From a virus, in the IMG/VR virus record IMGVR_UViG_3300044695_008209, positions 64,001 through 128,000 of that record: DNA of 64,000 bases; one strand, written 5' to 3'. Within the stretch, counting starts at the first letter, position 1. Every line of letters begins with the position of its first letter. The notes under the pieces were generated by a model. The model searched no databases. It was not told where the DNA came from and saw only the letters and a program-made list of their open reading frames with translations. Below, in pieces: positions 1 to 10,800 of the stretch. A program made the translations under genes and the position numbers.

Positions 1-571
1 GGCAGACCGGGTTCCGGTGCAGACTCCCGTGCTCGAGGCCAAGGCAGTGCAGCTGACCCTCGGCGCGCTGGAGTCGTACAACCCGGTGAAGGCCCAGCTG
101 AACACGCACGTCACGAACACGCTGAAGGGCATGCACCGCTTCGCGACCACGCGCCAGAACATGACCCGGCTGACCGAGGCACGCCGGCGTCTGGTTGGAC
201 CATACCAGCGGGCCCTCTCGCGCCTGAAGGACAAGCTCGAGCGAGAGCCCACCGTCCTTGAGCTCGCCGACGAGATGAAGGAGTCGCCCGCCAACGTGGA
301 GAAGCTCCTGCTGGAGATGAAGGACGATCTCATGTCCTCTGGCGCGATGGATGACCCCTTCCTCGACGAGACCTCGGAGTCGCGCCTCAAGCTCCAGCTC
401 ATCCGGTACAGCCTCACCCCCGACGAGAACACGGTCCTGGACTACCTCATGGGCACGGGCGGTAGGCCGAAGATCGAGAGCACGGGGGCCATCGCGAAGC
501 GCGAGGGTTGGTCCGACTCTCGCGTCTCCCAGATCAAGAACGCGATCATGCGCAAGTGGAAGGGCAAGTGA
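1..571 (+). CDS. Sigma-70-family (FliA/SigF-like) RNA polymerase sigma factor, 5'-truncated by the window edge
   Basis: Frame open from base 2. Region-2-like ALESYNPVKAQLNTHV, region-3 EREPTVLELADEM, region-4 HTH LTPDENTVLDYLMG...TGAIAKREGWSDSRVSQIK. Confidence 0.8.
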   Translation, partial: ADRVPVQTPVLEAKAVQLTLGALESYNPVKAQLNTHVTNTLKGMHRFATTRQNMTRLTEARRRLVGPYQRALSRLKDKLEREPTVLELADEMKESPANVEKLLLEMKDDLMSSGAMDDPFLDETSESRLKLQLIRYSLTPDENTVLDYLMGTGGRPKIESTGAIAKREGWSDSRVSQIKNAIMRKWKGK

Positions 572-807
572 GCGAGTCCACCCTCCAGACGTTCATCGAC
601 GAGCTCGAGGAGGTCCTGACCGAGTACCTCGACTCCGAGACTGCGCGCGTCGAGAACGAGCGCGACTTCCTCCTCTCGGTGTACAACGGACGGACGGACG
701 GGATCACCGTCGAGGATGTCTCGACGGAGTTCACCATGAAGTACCTGTCTGGCAACCTCGGGGACTACATGCCCATCGAGGAGGACGTGAGCACACCCAG
801 CGGCTAA
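568..807 (+). CDS. Small acidic hypothetical protein (79 aa)
   Basis: GTGA start/stop overlap with the sigma gene; genome-typical codon use. Confidence 0.65.
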   Translation: MSESTLQTFIDELEEVLTEYLDSETARVENERDFLLSVYNGRTDGITVEDVSTEFTMKYLSGNLGDYMPIEEDVSTPSG

Positions 808-811
808 AGGA

Positions 812-1516
812 GTGGGCATGTCCACCGAGCGCGTACTGAACTTTGAGGTCACCACGACGCTGTCCGTCAGCCAGTTGGACGCGGATGGGGTCGCGACCGC
901 CATCAACGCCGACGCGACCCCGACCCTCGAGATCGTCCAGGCCGGCGTCGTGGTGAACGAGGCGGAGTCCGCAGTCGTGACCTCGACCGGAACGGGCACC
1001 TACGAGTGCGCGTGGACACCGCTGCTCGTGGGCCGGCACGTCTTGACGTGGACGTACACGGTGGGAGGGGACGAGTTCACCTCGGAAGAGAAGGTCGATG
1101 TCATCGCCGACATCAGCGGGGAGTCCGACTCTTCGCTCCCAGGAGAGGCTGTCCCCGCCGTTCCCGACCTGGGCGAAGCCGGCACCTGTCGGGTGTTCGG
1201 GCAGTTCTACGACGCGACCGGAAACGGGGCCCAGGGGATCTACGTGCGCTTCACACCGGACCGGGACTCTACGTCCTTTCTGGCGTCCGGCATCGTCGCC
1301 GTCGAGGTCACGGCCGTGAGCGATGAGGACGGCGCTCTGGAGTTGTACCTGGTCCGCGGCGTCACGGGCATCCTCGCCATCACCGGCGTCGGGGTCGTTC
1401 GCCGTGTCACGGTGCCGACCACCGGGCAGATCAACATCAAGGACCTGGCGGACAGCGGGGATGACCCCCTCGAGGTGCAGACTCCGGTGTTCCACAAGCT
1501 CCCGCGGAGGTCCTGA
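812..1516 (+). CDS. Putative virion protein (Ig-like/beta-sandwich domains)
   Basis: AGGAG RBS; beta-rich acidic sequence; C-terminal CRVFGQFYD..G..IYVRFTP domain resembles the next ORF. Confidence 0.6.
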   Translation: MGMSTERVLNFEVTTTLSVSQLDADGVATAINADATPTLEIVQAGVVVNEAESAVVTSTGTGTYECAWTPLLVGRHVLTWTYTVGGDEFTSEEKVDVIADISGESDSSLPGEAVPAVPDLGEAGTCRVFGQFYDATGNGAQGIYVRFTPDRDSTSFLASGIVAVEVTAVSDEDGALELYLVRGVTGILAITGVGVVRRVTVPTTGQINIKDLADSGDDPLEVQTPVFHKLPRRS

Positions 1517-2442
1517 TGGTCCCGGTCACCCTGCTCATCACCGACGACTCCATCTCGCAGGAGGCGGTGGCCGACGTCGTCGTGCGGTTCTACAGCGAGG
1601 ACGGGAGTACCTTCGTCACTCAGGCGCAGACCGACGAGAACGGGGAGCTCACCCTGGACCTTGAGGATGCGACCACCTACTGGGTGCGCTTCTTCAAGAT
1701 CGGGTACCAGTTCGAGTCGAAGCTCACCATCGACGTGGACTCGGGAGCGTCGTCGAACACCTTCGACATCGAGGCCGTGGACCTGGAGGTGCTCCCGCCC
1801 TCGACCGTTCCGATCCTCTGCCGGGTGTCCGGCTACGTGGCCGGCGGGGATCTCACGCCGCGACAGGGCATCACGTTCACCTTCACGCTCACGGGCAGCC
1901 CCCGCGTGGCTGCGGGGCGCGTGATGGTCCTCCAGGACCTCGTTACCGTCACCGATGCGGACGGGTGGCTCGAAGTCGAGCTGGTTCGCGGGGGCGTGTA
2001 CGACTGCGTGGTCGAGGGGCAGGACGACGTCGTCTACCGGGTCAAGGTCCCGGACCGCACGTCGATCGGTATCACCGATCTGGTCTGGCCCTACCTGGTG
2101 GAGCTCGTCTACCAGCAGGACGGCGTGGACGTGACCGAGGTCTCCGTGCCAGTCGGCGAGACGGTCGAGATCGACACGTATGTGCGCTTCTCCAGCGGGG
2201 TGGTGACCCCCTTCAAGTACGACGGAGACGTCGGGTGGCGCGAGGTCAGCAACTACCTGACCCTCTTGCTCGGAGACTCCGGCATCGCAAGCCAGACCAT
2301 CTCTGCGGGGGTGATGACGATCACAGGCAACACGGTCGGCGAGACCACCATCACCGCCTCCGTCATCCCCAACATCGAGGCGGCGCGCCTTCCTGAGCCG
2401 ACGAGAACCCTCCCGACGCTGACCATCACTGTGACGGCGTAG
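1516..2442 (+). CDS. Putative virion protein, partial paralog of 812..1516
   Basis: TGATG coupling; transthyretin/carboxypeptidase-regulatory-like N-terminus (VVRFYSEDG..VTQAQTDENG); CRVSGYV..G domain. Confidence 0.6.
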   Translation: MVPVTLLITDDSISQEAVADVVVRFYSEDGSTFVTQAQTDENGELTLDLEDATTYWVRFFKIGYQFESKLTIDVDSGASSNTFDIEAVDLEVLPPSTVPILCRVSGYVAGGDLTPRQGITFTFTLTGSPRVAAGRVMVLQDLVTVTDADGWLEVELVRGGVYDCVVEGQDDVVYRVKVPDRTSIGITDLVWPYLVELVYQQDGVDVTEVSVPVGETVEIDTYVRFSSGVVTPFKYDGDVGWREVSNYLTLLLGDSGIASQTISAGVMTITGNTVGETTITASVIPNIEAARLPEPTRTLPTLTITVTA

Positions 2443-2444
2443 CC

Positions 2445-3872
2445 ATGGGCACGAGCATCAAGGAGTCCGCCCTCCTCGACGCTGCCGCACGCGTCTCCAG
2501 TGCCACGGTCGGCGCCTCGCGCGGTCCGGGAGGCTACCGCTCGGTGGACGGGGAGTGGGAGAAGCTCCGAGGCAAGCTGGCGCGTGCGTTGGTGTCCGAC
2601 CCCGATCTGGTGACGTACTTCGCCTACCTCGCGTCCAACCGCGCGTGCGCCTTGGCGCAGAAGGCGGCTGCGCAGCTCTGCAGCATGGCGGTGTCCGTGG
2701 AGGGCTGGAAGTACGCCCAGGTCGAGGCGAAGCCTCCCACCCAGCTCCAGAAGACACTCGCCACCGTCACGACGCGGGACACCTTCAGCGCCGCAGACGC
2801 GTCGCGCCTCTCCACCGAGGTGAACACCTACATCGCAGCAGAGCTGATCCCGAAGATTACCAAGGGAGGGCGGCTGCAGACGCGCGGCACCGAGGCGTAC
2901 TCCGACTACCGCAAGACGCGCGACGAGCTCATCGTGACGTGGAAGAAGCTCCGCCAGGCCCTCGCTGCCTCCTCGGGAACGCGGTTCTTCACCGAGGCCC
3001 CGCTGCGGAACGTCGCGCTCAGCGTGCCGCTCGCCGCACTGGACGCGACGGCCTCGCTCCTCGACCAGGCGAAGCTGACCGACTTCACGGTTCAGCTCGC
3101 CGCGGCGGGCGCTGCCGTAGCGGCGATGGGGCGTCGCGTGGGTCTCAAGACGCGGCTGTGCACCGGTCCGACGGAGTTCCCAGGAGAGGTGACCGTCAAC
3201 GCGACCATCGAGTCGGGGACGGTCGCCGAGATCACGATGGTCCCTGCGCCGGCGCTGCTGGGCATCAAGCCCGGAGACTCGGTGGTCTCTACCGACGGGA
3301 AGACGGCAACCGTGTCGGCGGTCGGAGACGCGGGGATCACGCTCTCAGCCTCCACGATCACCTCCATCAGCGAGGGGGTGTCGGTGTTCTCCGCTGCCTA
3401 CCTCCAGTGGGAGACCTTCGCCCTCGCCCTGGACGCTCCCTACGCGGAGATGCCGTCCGAGGCGCAGCTACTGTCCGAGGTCCGGCGCAAGGAGAGTCCG
3501 AGTGCGGCCAGGATCCGCGGGCTGATGGAGTTCCTCTGCCGCGCCGCAGCGATCCTCGACAGCGTTTCCTCCGACGCCTCGGCGGCGCTGACGCGCGTGG
3601 GGGGCGAGCAGTACGCGTACCCCGGTGTTCCGGTGGCCACGCTGTTGCGAGAGTTCTCGCCGACGTTCGACGCGAAGACGAAGCAGGCGGGGAACCGGCT
3701 GCTCTCCGAGTTGGAGAGCGGAGGGTTCGACTACGCGGTCGAGCTCCTCTACCGGGGAGAGGTGGACTTGCTGATGCTGCTCAACGCGTCCGACGTCTCC
3801 AGGTCGGGGAGGCTGGACTCCGCGGTCGCTGCCCTCAGCACCTACTCGGGAGGTGCTCGTGGGGTGGGATGA
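2445..3872 (+). CDS. Hypothetical protein, probably virion-associated (475 aa)
   Basis: In structural operon; contains one IKPGDSVVSTDGKTATVSAVGD beta module. Confidence 0.55.
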   Translation: MGTSIKESALLDAAARVSSATVGASRGPGGYRSVDGEWEKLRGKLARALVSDPDLVTYFAYLASNRACALAQKAAAQLCSMAVSVEGWKYAQVEAKPPTQLQKTLATVTTRDTFSAADASRLSTEVNTYIAAELIPKITKGGRLQTRGTEAYSDYRKTRDELIVTWKKLRQALAASSGTRFFTEAPLRNVALSVPLAALDATASLLDQAKLTDFTVQLAAAGAAVAAMGRRVGLKTRLCTGPTEFPGEVTVNATIESGTVAEITMVPAPALLGIKPGDSVVSTDGKTATVSAVGDAGITLSASTITSISEGVSVFSAAYLQWETFALALDAPYAEMPSEAQLLSEVRRKESPSAARIRGLMEFLCRAAAILDSVSSDASAALTRVGGEQYAYPGVPVATLLREFSPTFDAKTKQAGNRLLSELESGGFDYAVELLYRGEVDLLMLLNASDVSRSGRLDSAVAALSTYSGGARGVG

Positions 3873-4191
3873 AACACGTGTCCAGGTCGCGCAGGCCGTC
3901 GCCGTCATTCGGGCGAGGGAGGTCGCTGACCGTGGGACGAACACGACGCTCGAGATCTCCTTGCTGGAGGAGATCGTGGCCCTGGACTCCGCGCAGACCT
4001 CTGCCGTGGACACTCTGGGCGCCGGGAACCTGATCGAGCACGCGGACGACGGGAACGTGCGGCCCGGACGACTGCAGCAGCTCGAGGCGATGCGCACGCT
4101 GTTCTTCGGGGACAGCGCCTCCGGTCAGGAGGGCCTTCTTGATATGATGCGGAAGATGCCGGATCCCTCCGAGCCATCGGAGCAGTCATGA
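3853..4191 (+). CDS. Hypothetical protein (~112 aa; start uncertain)
   Basis: Fills the gap between coupled genes; ATGA overlap with the next gene. Confidence 0.55.
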   Translation: MLVGWDETRVQVAQAVAVIRAREVADRGTNTTLEISLLEEIVALDSAQTSAVDTLGAGNLIEHADDGNVRPGRLQQLEAMRTLFFGDSASGQEGLLDMMRKMPDPSEPSEQS

Positions 4192-4835
4192 GCGCCGCAG
4201 ACTTCCAGGCCCTCGCCTTCAGCGACCTCGCACCTCTTCGGTCCGTCGGGTTCTACTCGCAAGACCCGCTCACCCTCGACGTTCGCGGCTCCTCCTTCGT
4301 CGGAGTGACCGGCGTCAACGTGAACGGCACCCCTGCGCTGGAGTACATCGTCGTCTCCTCGACTCGCATCCTCGTGCAGGTGCCCAAGGCCGAGCTGCAC
4401 TCGCAGCTCAAGTCCGTGCGCGTCATCTTGGCCCGGTCCGGGCTGACGGCCGCGGCTCTCGTCTCGTTCGACGCTGTCGTGCCGGGTGTGCGCGCGACGG
4501 GCTTCACGAAGATGATGCAGGCTTATCTCCGCGTGCTCTTCACGAACCCCGGGGACGACCTCGCGTACCCGTGGCTGGGTGGCGGCATGTACGGCTTGGT
4601 CGGGAGCGCTGGGACGCCGAGCGAGCTCCGTGCACGCGCGTCGGTGGGAGTGAACACCGCCGCCCAGCACCTGATCCGCCTTCAGGTGAGAAACCCTGTG
4701 CTCACAGACGCGGAGAAGCTACGCTCCGCCACGCTGCTGCAGGCCGACTACAACTCGGCGACGTCTTCGATCAATGCACGAATCGCGTTGACTGCACTGG
4801 ACGGCACCACCGGCAACCCCCTCGTGAGCGTGTAG
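4188..4835 (+). CDS. Baseplate wedge gp25-like protein with N-terminal IPT/TIG-like domain
   Basis: LTLDVRGSSFVGVTGVNVNG (IPT-like); YLRVLFTNPGDDLAYPWLGGG...EKLRSATLL (gp25-like); directly before a baseplate J-like gene. Confidence 0.7.
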   Translation: MSAADFQALAFSDLAPLRSVGFYSQDPLTLDVRGSSFVGVTGVNVNGTPALEYIVVSSTRILVQVPKAELHSQLKSVRVILARSGLTAAALVSFDAVVPGVRATGFTKMMQAYLRVLFTNPGDDLAYPWLGGGMYGLVGSAGTPSELRARASVGVNTAAQHLIRLQVRNPVLTDAEKLRSATLLQADYNSATSSINARIALTALDGTTGNPLVSV

Positions 4836-4837
4836 AG

Positions 4838-7800
4838 ATGGCGAACATCAACTCCCAGGCCGAGGCCATCCGAGACTTCCTTGTGGGGCGTCTCGAGCTC
4901 TACGACCCGAGCATGGACACGTCGGAGGGCTCTGCCCTCTGGTCGCAGGTGATCGAGCCGACGTTCGAGCTCCTGGGCACGGATCCGTTCGACACGGACA
5001 TCCGCTCGTTCTTGAAGGACCGGGTCACCCAGGCGTTCCCGCTCATCTCCGCGCAGGACGGCGACGCGCTCGTCGACCTCCTCATCACCCCGCTCGAAGT
5101 CCTGCTCGAGCCGCTGAAGCGCGAGATCCAGATCATCCGCAAGGGGCAGTCCGCTCGGTACCCCGAGAACCTGCGCCTCGAGGACGCCCGTGACCTGGCT
5201 GCCAACTTCTTCATCGAGTGGCGCAGCGGCACTCGTTCGAGCGGGGTGGTGCGCATCTACTTCGCGGCACCGACGCACCTGACCGTGCTCCCCACCGCGG
5301 AGTTCTCGACAGCCAGCGGGCTGCTGTTCTACCCGACGCGCGCCATGACCGTGCGTCCGGAGACGATGCTGCTCTACCGGTCCGGCCAGGAGTACTACGT
5401 CGACGTGCCCCTCACGGCGGGGGACTCGACGATCGGGCACAACATCGAGAAGGGCGCGATCACCGGCGTCCGCGGCATCACGGGGTTCTCCCGCATCACG
5501 AACCTCCGGCCCTTCGAGGGAGGCTCGAGTCCGGAGACCGCCGCCGAGCTCCTGGCGCGGGTGCAGTCCAGCCTGGCGGAGCGCACCCTCAACGTACGTC
5601 GCGGCATCGTGGCGAGGCTCGAGACGGACTTCGCGTCGGTCGTGGACGTCGAGGTCGTCGGCTTCGGTGACCCCGAGATGGCGCGCGACATCATCACGGG
5701 CGGGGGTGAGGGGTCCGTCATCGCGAGCGGCGTCTGCTTCATCGTGGGCCAGTTCGTGCTGATGTTCTCGGCGTTCGAGGACCGTGGCTTCGCCGGCACC
5801 ACGGTGATCTCCGAAGGGGACGAGATCGAGCTGAACTTCTGGAGCTTCCTGTACAGCACCGAGGTCGGTGCCGCGAACGAGAAGTTCAAGATCGACACGA
5901 TCCTCTTCGACTCCAGGAACAGCATCACGGAGATGCCGTCCATCCTGCTGTTCCGCATCGACGGCGTGCCCTCCGTCACCTCACCGGTCGCCGGGGCACT
6001 CCCCGGAGTCCTTCCCGGTGTCTTCGCTGTGGTCCGCTCCACGGGCAAGATCGAGATCTCCGACATCCCAGGGGGCATCCTTGACCCGGACACCCTGCGG
6101 GGCACCATCGAGATCAACGACAACGAGGTCCACGTCGGCGGGCACTACGACGTGTGGCTCCGCGCCGCGAGCGCCACTGCAGACTCCGCCACCCACGAGG
6201 CCGTGCGGTCCGAGACCGCGCTCCTCGAGGGTTCCGACGTGGTCCTCGCGGGGGAGAGCTCCACGTACCGACACATCGTCCACCGGACCTACACCGTCAG
6301 CAGCTCCACGTCGTTCCCGCTGGGTGCAACGCTGTCCTGCGCGAGCAGTCGGGCCTCTGCGGTGATCGCCGAGGTCAGCCGCGCGGGTGCCGTCTACACG
6401 TACATCCTCTGGGAGATGAACGGCGTCGAGTTCGCCATCGGGGACAACGTCACGGATGGGACCACCACGGGAGTTCTCTCCGCGGTCAGCACGACCTCCT
6501 GGAAGGACTCGGGAGTCGAGCGCGGCATGGCCCTCTCGCTTCCCGGAGGGAACGAGGAGGGGACCTACCGCATCCTCAAGGTCGACGGGTCCTTCCTCTA
6601 CATCGACATCAACCTCACGACGACGGGACGTGACCAGCTCTTCCGTGTGCTCTCCGAGGTGACGCTCGACCTCTTCTCGCCCAAGACCATCCTCATCCCC
6701 TTCGGAGAGGCCGAGGGCGACGACCTCCGCACCGTCATCGGCTCCAAGACGGTGCGCACCACTACCAATCTGCAGGACTACGGCGTCGCCGTGGGCGACA
6801 CGATCGAGATCCTCGCCGGCGATGACGAGGGGTCCTACACGATCACCGCGTGGGACACGACGTACGGGGGACAGGGCGCTGTCCTCAGCGCCGTGATGAC
6901 CGCGACGAACTCGTCGGTGACCTACCGGGCCTACCGCACGCAGCAGGCGATCCAGCGCCCCCTCCTGCGCATGATCCCCGACGGAGTCGTGCTCCTCGAC
7001 GGCGACGGGCAGGACAGCGGCTACAAGATCCCCAACGCGCTCCCTGTCGACGTGCGCCCCGTCCACGCCTTCTCCGGGGCGAAGACCATCGCGGAGGGAC
7101 TCAACGGCTTCGTCCTGATGGACCCCGGCAGCGGGTGGGCGCCGAGTGCGGATTACACCGTCGACATCGACACCTACGACTGGGCCGGCAGGACGGGAGG
7201 AGACTTCGAGGCCTTCTACACGGAGGAGAAGTTCCGCCGCGCGTACACTGACGAGGCGCTCAGCAGCGCCGGCGGCTACATCGCGGTCATCTCGGTGCAC
7301 GGCAGCACCGGCCAGATGTACCTGGACTCCAACCTGCCCAGCGAGGTCAAGGACTTCCTCGGGAACATGCAGGACTGGCTGCTCGACATCATCGCTACCT
7401 TCGGCTTCGGCGGTGACGAGGAGGCCCTCGTCACCGCGTTCAGTCCGCTGAAGTTCGGGCCGGCGGAGGCGGCGCTGCCGCTCCTGATGCAGTTCGAGAT
7501 CCTCATCCCCTACGAGGTCTTCGACGGCTGCAACAACGTGTTCGTGGCGCTCCCCGAGTTCGACTGGAAGAACGAGTTCGAGGCCACGGACACCTTCAAC
7601 GACGCGCTGGACCGTTTCAACGACGGCACCATGCCTGGGAAGGCGCCGGCGCTGCTGAAGGCCGTCGCCGGCGACGCGCTCGCGATCACCAGCGGCCTGA
7701 ACGCGGGCTCCTACATCATCGAGAGCGTGCAGGCGTACACGTTGGTCAACATGCGCGCGGTCGTCGACGGCGGGGGCGCCATCGACCTCGACAACGCGTA

Positions 7801-10800
7801 CAAGGTCGCCCTGGTCGTCATCCGGGACGAGTTCCCGGTGCCGGCGTTCTACGGCCTCGACACCTTCTTCAAGGAGGGGGCCCCCGCATGGAGCGTGCCG
7901 GCCGTTGCCGACCTCCCGTTCTCCGTCGTGGACGTGGACGGGAACCCCGTGGATGGGTGGACCTGGGTGGAGAAGGCCTTCGAGTGGCTCTTCCAGACGC
8001 TCAACGCGCTCGGATTCGACCTCCCCTCCGGAGTGAGCCTCGATGCGCCCGAGACGCTGAAGGCGCTCTGGCAGATGCTCTTCAGCTCCTACACGGTGGC
8101 CCGGCCCACGGCGCCTCAGTACCTGCGGATGTACTTCCAGGAGCCCACCAGCTGCACCGTGTACGCGCCGCAGGTGTGCGCGCGGTACCAGTGGGCGCTG
8201 CCGGTGCTCGTACCGGCAGATGCCATCACCGGGGTAGAACTCACCCTCCCCCTCCCGGACCTCGAGGGGCTGACGGTCTCGCTCGAGGTCGAGCGGCTCA
8301 CTGGGTCCGTTCCGCTCACTGGAACCCTCACCGCCGACTTCAACACCGCAGCCACCCTGGAGGAACTCGCGGAGTTCCTCCAGGCGCTCCTGGACCCGAC
8401 TGGCGAGTACGTGACCTTCTCGGGCCCGGCGACGGTGACCGGGTCGCTCTCCGTCACGCAGGCCGTCGGCGGCATCGACGAGTACCTGTACCTCTCTGCG
8501 ATCAGCTTGACCGCGGGCTTCCGCGTGCTCGGCTTCTACGGTCCGGCGCCGGCCAAGTTCCCCGAGGTCGACACCACGACGACGTGTGCCACGATGTACG
8601 AGCGGATCACGACGACCACCGACGCCCTGGGCATGAAGCTCACCGTCAACACATCGTTGACGTGCGTTGTCGGGCTGGACGTCTTCGTGGGATCCTTCAC
8701 GATCGGCGAGGCGGTCACCGCGCTCCCTTCTGGTGCCTCCGGCACGGTGTGGGCCTTCGCGGACGATACGACCAACGCAGCTGCCGGGTATCTCTGGATT
8801 TCCGATGTGTCGGGGACCTTTTCTGCTGGCGACGCCATCACCGGCTCTGACAGCGGGGCGACCATCGCCGAAGCCTGGGTCGTCGACATCGACAAGGTCT
8901 GGGAGATCGAGGTGACCGATGGAGTTCTTGCATCCACGCGTACCTTTGAGGAGGTAGCAGCTGCACTGCAGGCGGCCACCGTGGCTGCGGTGCAGGACGA
9001 CATCATCGCGGTCGGCACTCCTGGCACCTTCGACGACGTGCAGATCTCCGCTACCTTCGAGGTCACGATCGAGTTCGTGGATCAGTCCGGCACTGGAGCC
9101 GGTCCGGGGAGGTACGAGATCAACATCGCGGACTCCGGCAGCCCCGCGTTGATCGACAACTTCAGCGTGGACTCGCCGACGGACATCACGTGGGTGGACT
9201 TCGCAGTGACCTACGTCAATCCCACGCTGCCGACGTTCAGCACCGCCACCGAGCTGCTCGGGGCGGACTACACCCCCGCGGTCACCGTCCCCGAGATGTC
9301 CACGGACGACGGGGTCACCACCGTCACGCTCAGCCCTACGCTGACCTACTGGGAGGCCCTCACCTTCAAGACGGAGGTGTGCGACCTCATCGACAGCGGG
9401 GACTACGAGGGGGCAGCCCAGGCGCTCAACGCGAAGGAGGACTGGACTGCCAGTGGGGGCGTTCGCCACCTGTTCTGGTCGGACACCGGGTCTGCCCTGC
9501 GACTGCGCGGCATCGTAGGAGGGGTCGACTCCGTCGTCTCCATCATGGACGCGAACCGCCTGGGCTTCCCTATTCCGGGAGGTATCGCCCTTCCCGCGGC
9601 GTCCGGAAACGGCACCACAACGGTCGCCTGGATGGCACAGGGGAGCACCACGGCCGGAGAGACCGAAGCGGCCTTCGAGCACCCCCATGCACCGACTCTC
9701 TTCGTGGGCACGGTAGGGGCCAGCGAGCTCCTCTTCACCCCGTCGGCGGAGGCCGACGCGTACCAGATCTTCCCGGGCCAGACGAGCGAGGGGGAGACCG
9801 CGGTGACGGGTCTTCCTCGTGACATCGTGATCGGCACCCCGTACAGCGGGCAGCTGTCGGCGGAGTGCGTGTTCACGGACGACGCGTACGCGGCGCCCAT
9901 CGAGCTCGACATCCGAGAGGAGGCAGACTGGCTGCTCGTGTACGAACAGCGTCGCATGCTCGAGCACACCGACTACACCGCGCTGGACACGGACATCTCC
10001 GGAGACCGCGTCGCGGCGGTGGTCACGTCGTTCGGCTCGAACCAAGTGAGCCTGCTGGACCTCGGCGACGCCAACGAGTTCACCTTCCTCGCCCCCAACA
10101 GTGGCCTTGAGTTCGACCAGGTGCAGGTCGGCGACGTGCTCTTCATCGAGGAGGGCGACGACGAGGGCGGCTACACGGTCCTCGAGCGCTCCAGCACGAT
10201 CCTCACCCTCGACCGCAACCTCACCGCGAGCACCGAGCGTGTCTACCGCTATGGCAACGACGGCATCCTGATCGTGGACGCTGTGGACGCCAAGGTCACC
10301 TCTGCGACCGGGTTGTTCACGAGCGACGACATCGGGAGGTACCTGACCCTCTGGGGCTCGAACCGCGAGGCAACGGACGGGAGCTACAAGATCACCGCGG
10401 TGGAGACGGACGGCTCTGGGTGCACCCTCGAGGCTGACGTCTTCCCCGAGACCGAGACCGACGTCCACTGGGTGGTCGTCAAGGCGCCGGTGGACGCGCT
10501 CGGCGACTCCTCCATCCTGGGCCGCACGGCGCTCCTCGGTGTCCGCCCGATCCGCGTCTACAGCGGGACCCCTGCCGAGCTCCGCGTCGTGCAGGTGTCC
10601 CCGACGCTCGTGCGGGCAGAGTCCACGGTCTTCACCGCTCTGACGGAAGCGGGCGAGGTACCGCGGAGTGGTGTGAAGCAGCCCTACAAGTTCGTCCGCC
10701 CGGGCACCCAGCACATCTCGTCCACGCTCATGAACGAGCAGAGGGAGCGCGGGCTCTACTACTTCGACGCCCTCACCACCTCCTTGGGCGGCGGCGAACT

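Noticed and set aside
16-1485. 12-bp direct repeat GGTGCAGACTCC at 16-27 and 1474-1485
   Set aside because: Both copies are coding (VQT); a match of this length is expected by chance in GC-rich DNA.
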